16,871 nucleotides of DNA from a bacterium (GCA_041946805.1 JBHGBC010000133.1:1-16871), one strand, 5' to 3'. Positions 7,699-15,703 are shown, counted from the stretch's first letter. Made by a program: numbers and translations. Notes: generated by a model from the letters alone, not told the origin.

Positions 7699-8253
7699 AT
7701 GCCGAAGGCCATTGGAATGATAGAACTCTCCAGCATCGCCCTGGGGTACCAGGTCGAGGACGCCATGCTCAAGGCCGCCGCCGTGGATCTTCTGGTGGCC
7801 CGCACGATCTGCTCGGGGAAATACATCGTGATCGTCGGCGGCGAAGTGGCCGGCGTCAACAGCAGCGTGGAAGCGGGGCTGGGGGCGGCCTTGGATTCCA
7901 TCATCGATCACATGGTCATCCCCAATGTCCACGAATCTCTCTTCCCCGCCTTGAGCAACTCGGTCACGCTGGCCCCCGGACAAATCCAGGCGCTGGGCAT
8001 CGTGGAAACCTTCACCGCTTCCAGCATCCTGGAGGCGGCGGACGCGGCGGCCAAGGCCGCGGACGTGGTGCTCTTCCGGATTCACATCGCCATGGCCGTC
8101 GGCGGCAAGGGATTCCTCCTGCTCACCGGCGAAGTGGCGGCGGTGCGCGCGGCCGTGGAAGCAGCCTCCGCAATCGCCCGGGAACGGGGCGTCCTCGTCG
8201 CGCCGGTGGTTATCCCCGGCCCCCGCCCCGAACTCTTCGCGGAATATATCTGA
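7699..8253 (+). CDS. pduT: PduT-like tandem-domain BMC shell protein (BMC-T, 184 aa)
   Basis: Start re-called at ATG 7699, after an AAGGA RBS and 7 nt past the pduS stop. Two BMC domains: AIGMIELSSIALG..DAMLKAAAV..TICSGKY and ALGIVETFT..AADAAAKAADV..GGKGF..GEVAAVRAAV. Cys falls at residue 38, the position of the Fe-S ligand in enteric PduT. Confidence 0.93.
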   Translation: MPKAIGMIELSSIALGYQVEDAMLKAAAVDLLVARTICSGKYIVIVGGEVAGVNSSVEAGLGAALDSIIDHMVIPNVHESLFPALSNSVTLAPGQIQALGIVETFTASSILEAADAAAKAADVVLFRIHIAMAVGGKGFLLLTGEVAAVRAAVEAASAIARERGVLVAPVVIPGPRPELFAEYI

Positions 8254-8260
8254 AAATTTT

Positions 8261-8446
8261 GGCTTATCCGAAAAATACGTACATTCCCAAAAGGTATCTT
8301 CATTATCCAATGGATCAAATCCGGTAGAACCAATCCAACATCCCTCTCCCTCTGCGAGCCGGTGGATTCGCCGGCGCTGGATTTGACTCTCCATACCGCT
8401 ATAGCCATAAATCCCCTCTCCCTCCGGGAGAGGGCCAGGGTGAGGG
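8261..8446 (+). mobile_element. MITE-like element, copy 3, with a degenerate and an intact hairpin A
   Basis: Left end GGCTTATCCG-AAAA-ATACGTAC at 8261-8282. Interior 8306-8331 is 22/26 identical to 16527-16552. Half hairpin A at 8342 (81 nt from the left end), possible decayed right end at about 8393-8413, intact hairpin A at 8414-8446. Confidence 0.6.
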
Positions 8447-8453
8447 ATTCAGC

Positions 8454-8529
8454 GCCCCGCAGGGGCAATCTTAGCTTAGCCAGGGGCATCGCCCCTGGTT
8501 TCTTTTAGCCAGGGGCATCGCCCCTGGTT
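8454..8529 (+). repeat. REP family B with a tandemly duplicated hairpin; may also terminate pduST transcription
   Basis: GCCCC-GCA-GGGGC, then an exact 25-bp repeat TTAGCCAGGGGCATCGCCCCTGGTT at 8476-8500 and 8505-8529 (stem CCAGGGGC/GCCCCTGG), followed by T-rich sequence. Confidence 0.8.
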
Positions 8530-8931
8530 CCTTTTCCATTTTTAGTCCCCTTTTTCCGCGGCTTCTTCCACATGAATAGGAGGCGTTTTACGGAAGGCGC
8601 GCGCGCGCCCCGTAAAATCATGCATCACGTTTTCGGCGAATGCTTGTAGCCGGTGAACGCAGCCCCATTCAAACCATGGGGCCGGCCGGCCGTTCCACGG
8701 GATTATCCGGAAGAGGCGCCGGATGATTCCCGCAGGGATGATATGTGGAGTCATCTCGGAGCGGCAGGCCGATCCAAGCCGATTCAACGCATCCAGGAAT
8801 AAGCGCCCCCGGGAAACAAACGTTGGGGCCCCAACAAAACCTCCCCAAAAATACTGCCGAGCGAACATACAAAATGAATGACAAAGGATGAAAATCGCGG
8901 ATCGAAAATCATAATAAAAAAAACGGCGGAC

Positions 8932-8979
8932 AAAAAAAACGCGGGATGGATTAGCGCACTGCGCGTAACCCTTCATCCC
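8932..8979 (-). terminator. Candidate intrinsic terminator for the VWA-lipoprotein unit
   Basis: Minus strand GGGATG..GGTTA-C-GCGC-AGT-GCGC-TAATC-CATCCC, then GCG and T8; about 130 nt downstream of the stop at 9110. Confidence 0.45.
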
Positions 8980-9109
8980 CCCTTTTCACCCTTGTAGAGC
9001 AGGCGTCCCCCCTACATATCCTTCGGCTTTTCTCCGTGCCCTCCGTGGTTCAATCCCCACCTCTCCATCTCTTCTTGCTCATCCTGCCCATCCTGATTCA
9101 GACACGGAA

Positions 9110-10072
9110 TCACTTCCGTTCTCGTTCATGCCCGGCGGGCTCTGAATGAGAGGGGGGATTCAAACGAGTGGGATCCATGGGTTCATACCCCGCCAGGATG
9201 CTGTGCGCCCGGTAGCCCGGCCGCACCACCGTCCCGTTTTGCGTCATGGGCTCGAAGGCGTATTCAGCCTGGACGAACCAGCCGATGGTGTCGCACCAGT
9301 ACGTATCCACGACGGCCCTCATTACCGTCACCGTGTCTTCGGCCTGGGCGGTGATCTGGATCCGCTCGGTGAAATGCCGGCACAGGTAAGCCCCGGCCGG
9401 GGTGACCATGCGCACGTCATACCCCCGCAGGACCGCGCTGTCGATTTCCCCCGAGCCCACGGTCGTGTCGGTATGGAGATCGATCATGACTTGTCTGGAA
9501 CGGAATTTCTTCTCGGATTCTTTCGGCAAATCCAGGTAGCGGACCGGCAGGGGCGGCGTGTAGCGGATCCGCAGTTCATTTTCTCCCTCCCGCAGATCCT
9601 GTTGGTAAAGCATGTAACTTTTGTCGTAATACCCGGTTTGAATGCCCGCATCCCGCTCGAATCGCTCCTCAAACCGCCAAAGCGGATTCTTCCCCGCCGT
9701 TTCCTGGCCGGAAACGGTTACGGTCCGGAGGCCCGTGGCGTCTTGGCGGCCGTCCCCCCAGGGCAACGGTCCCGTGTGTTGGTAGACAAATTGTTGCCCG
9801 GCCGCGGGCGGCGGAGGTTTGCGGTCCAGGGTGAAGTTCGATTTCTTGGGAGCGCCCGCACAGTGGGACAGGACCAACACGCAGCCTAGGAGAAGGAGAA
9901 AACGGAGGGCTTCCCGCCCGGGCGCGCGTCCGGGCCTGGGGACGGCCGGGAAACATCCCGCCGGCCCCCGGTCACTGGCCCTTGAATTGCTCCTTGGCGC
10001 GGGATTTCGCCCGAAACAAGGCGCTGGTGTAGGCGTCCTGGGGTTGATCGGTGAATGCCTTGGGTTCTTCAT
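9110..10072 (-). CDS. Putative lipoprotein (DUF3108/TapB-like beta-rich family; start codon uncertain)
   Basis: Hydrophobic stretch ending in Cys (RFLLLLGCVLVLSHC-AG). C-terminal MVTPAGAYLCRHF...TYWCDTIGWFVQ resembles the V-x-PAG-x-F...W-x-x-x-x-G-x-V pattern of DUF3108/TapB-like proteins. The only in-frame ATG upstream of the signal overlaps the VWA gene by 101 nt. Confidence 0.7.
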   Translation of the reverse strand: MKNPRHSPINPRTPTPAPCFGRNPAPRSNSRASDRGPAGCFPAVPRPGRAPGREALRFLLLLGCVLVLSHCAGAPKKSNFTLDRKPPPPAAGQQFVYQHTGPLPWGDGRQDATGLRTVTVSGQETAGKNPLWRFEERFERDAGIQTGYYDKSYMLYQQDLREGENELRIRYTPPLPVRYLDLPKESEKKFRSRQVMIDLHTDTTVGSGEIDSAVLRGYDVRMVTPAGAYLCRHFTERIQITAQAEDTVTVMRAVVDTYWCDTIGWFVQAEYAFEPMTQNGTVVRPGYRAHSILAGYEPMDPTRLNPPSHSEPAGHERERK

Positions 10073-12896
10073 CGCGGGTCACTTCATGCCAGGGGGCTGT
10101 TTCCTCACCCGGTTTCATGATCTGCGCTTCCTGCGCATCCAGCGCGGCGATTTCGCTTTCCTTCACTCTCTCCAGACGTTGGATCAGGGATTCCTTCTCC
10201 TGATCCGGGCCGGCGGTGTACTCGGCCGCCCGCGCCTTGGCCTGCATCAACTGCCCCAGCTCCTCCGTCGCGGGACCGAGGGAAGCGGGCCGGCGGACAA
10301 AGGGCGCCATCACCCAATTCCAACCCTTGAGAATTCCCCGTTGGAGTTGAGGAACCTCGAAAAATACCCGGCGCGCCGCGATATCGCAGAAAAACAGAAT
10401 CACCGCCAGTCCGAGCAAAGACGGCCACAGCGGAAGCCGGTCGCCGGTGGAATCGAGGTTGTGTTCGAATACGGGTGAATCCGGTGTCAGGGTGGAATGG
10501 CCGCTGATCTCCAGCAGCCGCTTCAGGACCATGTCGTTCTGTTTCGTCGTGTTGTGTTCCGGCGAATAGGGGACCGCGATGCCATGAGTCAGATAGCCTT
10601 CCTTCCCCTCCTCACCCTTGTACGTCATGTTGATCAAATAGCTGCCCGCGGCCGAGGCGGGAAACGTTCCCACATAACGGCCCGGTTCGGTTTGCCGTAT
10701 CTCGAACGTCCGGGTTTGCAGATCGGGATCGATCACGGCGGCCGAGAAGGTCAAATCGTTCAGAAAGCCGCCCTCCTCGGTCAGGGCATCCACCGCGCAC
10801 ACCACCCGGTCGCCCTCGAGGATGGCCTGGAGCTGAAACGTGTCCTCCTGGGCCGCGCGCAGAGTCCAGCGGACCAGCTGGCTCCAAAACTTCGCGTACT
10901 GGTCCCAACTCAGCCAGTCCCGCCCCCAGCGGGCCTTGGCGTCCGATGTGAAGGCCGCTGTTTTCCCCAGCCCGTAGCGCCAATGGGCGAGGAGGGGGTC
11001 CTGCTTGTGTGTCGTCAACACCATTTCCGCCCCGGTTTTCGGGCCGGTGACGACATAGCCTTGCAGCGCCGGGAAACCGCCCTCGAAGCCCTTGATCACT
11101 TCGCTGTGCTGGGTGAGGACCGGCGTGAAAGGCTCCTCCAGGATCATGTTCCGCCGGACGGTCATGGCTTCCTTGGTGAAGATTTTGGGCAGGTTGGAAT
11201 TGTTTTTGACGTGGTAGAAATTGCCCTGGCCCAGCTGGGCCAGCCGCTGCATGACGTCCACGTCCCGCTGGGCGTGGGGATTGATGCACACCGTGGAGAT
11301 CGTGATCTGGTTCTCCACAATCTCGTCGATCAGGCTTTGCGAAGGCTGGGCCGGATCGCCGTCCGAGAGGATGACGATGTGCTTGATGTTGGTGGAGGTC
11401 TTCTTCAGCGCGTCGCAGGCCAGGCGCAGGGTGGTGTCGAACGAGGGCATGTCCCCCAGATCGCTGAAGGTCAAGTTCTGGATGGCTTGCCGCTGCTTGC
11501 GCTTGGTGCCCGCGCGGTCGAGGGGAAACAACCACCCTTCTCCCCCCAGCATACTGCTGAACCGCAGCATGCCGATGTAATCGTTGCTGGAGAGGGTATC
11601 CAGCGCGGCCAGGGAGATTTCCTGCGCCCAGTAATTGCCCTGGGGGATTTCGCAGGAATGGGTGATCAGCGCCAGCGCCCCGCTGGGAATGATCCGCCGC
11701 TGCTTGACGTCCATGGTGACCGGCAGCGCCTTTTCCACCGGGGTATCCTGGTACCCCCCCGCGCCGAAACTTTCCGGCCCGCCGATCATCAGGAGGCCGA
11801 TGCCCAGATCGCTGACCGCGGTTTCCAGCATTTGCATCTGCGGTTTCGAAAGGTCGGCGGCGGGCACGTTGGAAAGGATCACGCTGTCGTACATTTGCAT
11901 TTCGCGCAGGGTCCCCGGCATCTCCTCCGGCAGGCGCATGTCGGTCTGGATGCCCTCCGCCGCCAACGCCGCCGCGAGGAACCGCCCCTCCGGCGCCTCG
12001 GTCTCCACCAGCAAAACCCGGGGCAGACCTTTGACAAACGCGAAATTCTGGGCGCGGTTGTTGGAAGGCCGCCGGTCATTTTCGGCCTCGACCGTGGCCT
12101 CGTAGGTATAGACGCCGGCTTTTTCTATGCTGCGCGACACCTGGAACGCGTTTTTGCCCGGGCTGAGATCGACTTTTTCCTCCGCGATGACTTGTCCGTT
12201 TTCCGTCAACCGCAACACGCCCGGCCCCGCCTCCTGGGCGTTCACCAACACCTTGATGCTGAACGGCTCCTTCTCGCGGAGCGAAGCGGGTATCACCAGG
12301 TCTTCCACCAGCACTTCCTGGCTCGCGGTGTATTCCAGGGGCATGACGAGCAGGTCGATCTGGTTGGCCTTGGCCCGCTGCGCCGCCGCTTCCGCGTCCC
12401 CCTGGGTCTGGTTCCCGTCCGTGATCAACACGATGCGTTTCTGCACGCCTTCCGGAAACGCGGCCATGGCCAGATTGATGGCCGCCTCGATGTCCGTGCC
12501 TTCCGTATTGAGGATCGCCTGGTATTCCTGCAGCCGCACGTTCTCTTTCGGATTCTCTTGCAGCATCGCCTCTTTTCCGAAAAAGAGAACCCCCGCCTGG
12601 TCGCCCTCGGGGATTTCATCGAGGCGCTCCTGCACATACGCCAGGCTGAACTGCTGCCGGTCCACGGGAACGCTGGAGGAGCGGTCGATCGCGAAGAACA
12701 CCGTCAGCCGCTTGCCCTTGTCCACCAGTTCCACTTCCGCCAGGGCCAGGATGAACGACACCAACACCAGGGAACGCAACAGCAGGGCAAGGGTTTTCCG
12801 CCCCCGGCCCAACACCCGCACGTTCCGCGCGGTGAGCCATAATGCGGGGACTAGCAACCAAAGCAACAAGTAGACCGGCTGCAGGACGCGGATCAT
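9972..12896 (-). CDS. Membrane-anchored protein with two VWA domains and a glutamine-amidotransferase-like (GATase1-like) domain
   Basis: AGGAGA RBS; N-terminal double membrane segment; VWA1 MIDAS FAIDRSSS...GTDI...LITDG; Ig-like linker (DRRPSNN); GATase1-like region (YDSVILSNVPA..GLLMIGGPESFGAGGYQDTPVEKALPV); VWA2 (ILSDGD); PLLAHWRYGLGKTAAFTSD; C-terminal membrane segment (LWPSLLGLAVILFFCDIAARR). Confidence 0.9.
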   Translation of the reverse strand: MIRVLQPVYLLLWLLVPALWLTARNVRVLGRGRKTLALLLRSLVLVSFILALAEVELVDKGKRLTVFFAIDRSSSVPVDRQQFSLAYVQERLDEIPEGDQAGVLFFGKEAMLQENPKENVRLQEYQAILNTEGTDIEAAINLAMAAFPEGVQKRIVLITDGNQTQGDAEAAAQRAKANQIDLLVMPLEYTASQEVLVEDLVIPASLREKEPFSIKVLVNAQEAGPGVLRLTENGQVIAEEKVDLSPGKNAFQVSRSIEKAGVYTYEATVEAENDRRPSNNRAQNFAFVKGLPRVLLVETEAPEGRFLAAALAAEGIQTDMRLPEEMPGTLREMQMYDSVILSNVPAADLSKPQMQMLETAVSDLGIGLLMIGGPESFGAGGYQDTPVEKALPVTMDVKQRRIIPSGALALITHSCEIPQGNYWAQEISLAALDTLSSNDYIGMLRFSSMLGGEGWLFPLDRAGTKRKQRQAIQNLTFSDLGDMPSFDTTLRLACDALKKTSTNIKHIVILSDGDPAQPSQSLIDEIVENQITISTVCINPHAQRDVDVMQRLAQLGQGNFYHVKNNSNLPKIFTKEAMTVRRNMILEEPFTPVLTQHSEVIKGFEGGFPALQGYVVTGPKTGAEMVLTTHKQDPLLAHWRYGLGKTAAFTSDAKARWGRDWLSWDQYAKFWSQLVRWTLRAAQEDTFQLQAILEGDRVVCAVDALTEEGGFLNDLTFSAAVIDPDLQTRTFEIRQTEPGRYVGTFPASAAGSYLINMTYKGEEGKEGYLTHGIAVPYSPEHNTTKQNDMVLKRLLEISGHSTLTPDSPVFEHNLDSTGDRLPLWPSLLGLAVILFFCDIAARRVFFEVPQLQRGILKGWNWVMAPFVRRPASLGPATEELGQLMQAKARAAEYTAGPDQEKESLIQRLERVKESEIAALDAQEAQIMKPGEETAPWHEVTRDEEPKAFTDQPQDAYTSALFRAKSRAKEQFKGQ

Positions 12897-13021
12897 GATC
12901 TCCTACGGATCGCCTTTCCCCTCCCGTTCCGGCGGGAGGAGGACGGATTCTTTCCGTATTGTAATGCAAAACCGCCGGCCTTGTCTTTACCTATATCACG
13001 GGTTATTCGGTTCCCGCGTCT

Positions 13022-14737
13022 TCACTCCGCCAGCACAGCCAGGTCCTTTTCCACCTCGTTCATCAGGGGCGTGATGATCTCCGCGGAAAAATCGAATTCC
13101 GCCCCCGCGGCTTTGAACAACGCCGGCAGGGGACGGGACCCGCCCAGGGCCAGCGCCTGACGGTAACGTTCCACCGCCGCTTTCCCGCCGGACTTGAAGT
13201 TTTTCCACAACTGCAGAGCGCCCAGCTGGGCGATGCCGTACTCGATGTAATAAAACGGATGGCAGAACAAGTGCAACTGCCGCTGCCACAGGCTTTCCTG
13301 CGTCTCTTCGTATCCGGTCCAGTCGAGGGGCATGCCGAAGCGCCGGTCCAATTCCAGCCAATACCGGCCGCGTTCCTCCCGGGTGTGCTCCGGGTGGGAA
13401 TAAAGCCAATGCTGGAACGCATCAATACGGGCGATCCAGGGGATGATTTCAATGATGCCCTCCAGGTGCTTCCGCTTGGCGCGGGCGGCGTCCGCCTCCG
13501 AATAAAACTCCCCGTAATACTCGGCACAGAACAATTCCATCGACATGGAGGCCACTTCGGCGAACTCGATGGGCGAATCGCGGTAGGGCAACAACGGCTC
13601 ATTACGGGAAGCCACAGCGTGGAACGCGTGGCCCGATTCGTGGGTCAGCGTCTCCACATCGCGGTGCAAGCCCGCCGCGTTCATGAAGATGAACGGCCTC
13701 CGGATTTCATCCAACGTGTATTGATATCCGCCCGGCGCTTTGCCCTTACGGCTCTCCAGGTCCAGTTCGCCCCGCCGGCCCATTTCCTGGAAGACGGCCG
13801 CCAACTCCGGATCGACCTGGAGCAGGATTTTCTGTACTCCGGCCATCAGTTCCTCCCCGGTCTGGAAGGGACGCAGCGGCGGACGGCCCAGGGGATCGGC
13901 GGCGGTGTCCCAGGGGCGCAGGGGATCCAGTTTCATGAGTTGCCGCCGCCGGCCAAGGATCTGCCGGGCCAGGGGAACCACCGCTGCCTCCACCGCCTGA
14001 TGGAACCGTTCGCAATCGCGCGGCGAATAGTCGAAGCGTTTGTACATCTGGAAGGCGTATTCGATGAAATTCGTGCAATCGGCCTGAAGAGCCATGCGGT
14101 GGCGGATGGCGATCAACTGGTCGAAGATCTCATCCATCTTCTCCCGGTCTTGCAGCCGCCGCCGGGCGATGCCTTCCCAGGCCGCCTGCCGCCGCGGCCG
14201 GTCCGTCTCTTCCAGATACTTGGCCATCTGGGGCAGGGTTCGCTCCTGGCCGTCGAACTCGACGGTCATCGCCCCGCACAGTTTTTGATAGGCCTGGCTG
14301 AGTTTCTGGCTCTCCGTTTGCAGGGGGATGTTCTCTTCCCGGAACAATTGGATTTCCGCCTCGATGTTGCGGTCCAACACTTGGTAGCGCTCGGAATCCA
14401 TCTCCCGCCGCAGGGGGCATTCCACGTATTTTTTATTCAGCGCGTGCTCGTACGGCTTGCACTTGGGATCGATGTTTTCGATGTAATCCAGGTATTGCTT
14501 TTCGTATTCGGCGTTGTCGGTGTGGCAGGTCATGCGGATATACCGCCGGCCCCGCTCCTCCGAGAGGCAGGCGAACAATTCGGATTGATCCACGAGCCAT
14601 TGTTCCAGATCGGCTTTGGATTTCAGTTCCCGGTCCTTGAGATTCTGGAACAGCGGTTCGATCTGGTCCCATTTTCCCAGGTCCACGTTTTCCGGCACGA
14701 AACGTCGGGGATATTCTTTCGGTGGATTCGAGTTCAT
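13022..14737 (-). CDS. pepF: Oligoendopeptidase F (M3B family zinc metallopeptidase)
   Basis: AAGGAG RBS; DLESRKGKAPGGY, PFIFMNA, zinc motif THESGHAFH, EFAEVASMSME, HLFCHPFYYIEYGIAQLGALQLW. Confidence 0.95.
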   Translation of the reverse strand: MNSNPPKEYPRRFVPENVDLGKWDQIEPLFQNLKDRELKSKADLEQWLVDQSELFACLSEERGRRYIRMTCHTDNAEYEKQYLDYIENIDPKCKPYEHALNKKYVECPLRREMDSERYQVLDRNIEAEIQLFREENIPLQTESQKLSQAYQKLCGAMTVEFDGQERTLPQMAKYLEETDRPRRQAAWEGIARRRLQDREKMDEIFDQLIAIRHRMALQADCTNFIEYAFQMYKRFDYSPRDCERFHQAVEAAVVPLARQILGRRRQLMKLDPLRPWDTAADPLGRPPLRPFQTGEELMAGVQKILLQVDPELAAVFQEMGRRGELDLESRKGKAPGGYQYTLDEIRRPFIFMNAAGLHRDVETLTHESGHAFHAVASRNEPLLPYRDSPIEFAEVASMSMELFCAEYYGEFYSEADAARAKRKHLEGIIEIIPWIARIDAFQHWLYSHPEHTREERGRYWLELDRRFGMPLDWTGYEETQESLWQRQLHLFCHPFYYIEYGIAQLGALQLWKNFKSGGKAAVERYRQALALGGSRPLPALFKAAGAEFDFSAEIITPLMNEVEKDLAVLAE

Positions 14738-14774
14738 CGCGTCTCCTTATCTGGGTTTTTCGTGTTGTTTTATG

Positions 14775-14891
14775 GGTTCATTCGACGATGGTGTACTTAT
14801 TTTCACTAAGGCGCGGCCGGTTTTCAATCGGATAGGCCTGCGAGGTGAATCCCAATTCCCCTCTCCCTGGGGGAGAGGGTCCGGGTGAGGG
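14775..14891 (+). mobile_element. MITE-like element, copy 4 (more diverged; right end not resolved)
   Basis: Left end GGTTCATTCG-ACGA-TGGTGTAC at 14775-14796. Interior CCGGTTTTCAATCGGATAGGCC resembles CCGGTTTCCAATGGATCAGGCC at 16521. Hairpin A starts 84 nt from the left end (14859-14891). Confidence 0.55.
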
Positions 14892-14963
14892 AAATTGGCA
14901 GGAGCGGACCTCGGCGTCCGCCCGGAGTCCTTTGAATGATCTGAATAAACAGATCATTTATTC

Positions 14964-15242
14964 TCATACCTCGTCCTCGTCCGTTACCTCATCCTTCTCT
15001 TCCTCTTCGGGAAGCCGGGCTTCCTTATAGGCGTCGGCCTGCTGTTTCATCAGCTCGTAGTGATGCCAGATGCGGTCGCGCGCGCCGGGGTGGATCTCCT
15101 CCAGATAATTCAAGATCGCCTGCAGCGCCCAGCTGTTGCTCAAAACCACATCCTGGAGAGGAATCGGCTTTTCTTTCCAGAGTGACCCCGGAGCATCGCT
15201 GGAAATCTCCGGTTTTTGAGGACGTTCCTTTTTCTTGGGCAT
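14964..15242 (-). CDS. Small hypothetical protein (92 aa) with basic N-terminus and acidic tail
   Basis: GGGAGA RBS before the ATG; helical-looking core (LQDVVLSNSWALQAILNYLEEIHPGARDRIWHHYELMK); same strand as its neighbours. Confidence 0.75.
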   Translation of the reverse strand: MPKKKERPQKPEISSDAPGSLWKEKPIPLQDVVLSNSWALQAILNYLEEIHPGARDRIWHHYELMKQQADAYKEARLPEEEEKDEVTDEDEV

Positions 15243-15466
15243 CGCTTTCTCCCGTCCGGATGAAGGTGAATGTCCGGTTCGTGGACTCCGCCAGAAACCG
15301 GCTCCAAGAGGATAATCCCAGAATCCCCTCTACGCCACGCTTACTGGCATTGTCTTGGAGTCTGATCCTCCTTCATTCAAGAAAGGGCTTGGCGGAAATC
15401 TCGCCCTGCCGCGGCCAGGCCCGGTTTTTCTGCCGGTATTAGAATTCTCACGCCTGGCATAGACCT

Positions 15467-15500
15467 CCCTCCTCCCCATCCTCTCCCCAACGAAGGAGGA
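15467..15500 (-). repeat. Degenerate reverse-orientation hairpin A
   Basis: CCCTCCTCCCCATCCTCTCCCCAACGAAGGAGGA resembles the reverse complement of hairpin A (CCCTCACCC-NNN-CCCTCTCCC-NNN-GGGAGAGGG). Confidence 0.4.
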
Positions 15501-15545
15501 ACACTGGAAAACGCAACCAGTCCCATTCCGGCATTGTCCCTTGAT

Positions 15546-15573
15546 GTCATCCCCCCGAAAGCGGGGATCCAGG
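15546..15573 (+). repeat. REP family C (dRS3-like palindrome)
   Basis: GTCATCCCCCCGAAAGCGGGGATCCAGG; differs from the 4961 copy at 2 positions. Confidence 0.8.
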
Positions 15574-15703
15574 CTGTTTTCCACCTCGGGACGCGCCGCT
15601 GCCCGCCCCTGCCCTTCCCAGGGCACAGCGGTTCTTCCTGGGAATCTCCTTTTCGCCTCGGGAGAATGATACTTCATGCCCCGGATGACACACCGTCTTG
15701 ATT

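Noticed and set aside
8476..8529. Possible mini-CRISPR (two identical 25-bp palindromic repeats)
   Set aside because: The spacer is only 4 nt, there are just two units and no cas genes; better explained as a tandem duplication of a REP hairpin.
8542..8976. 144-aa minus-strand ORF
   Set aside because: Runs through T-tracts and a terminator-like stem, with atypical composition; not called as CDS.
10497..12842. 781-aa plus-strand ORF
   Set aside because: Antisense shadow of the VWA gene, as expected from high-GC codon bias; no recognisable motifs.
13259..14809. 516-aa plus-strand ORF
   Set aside because: Antisense shadow of pepF.
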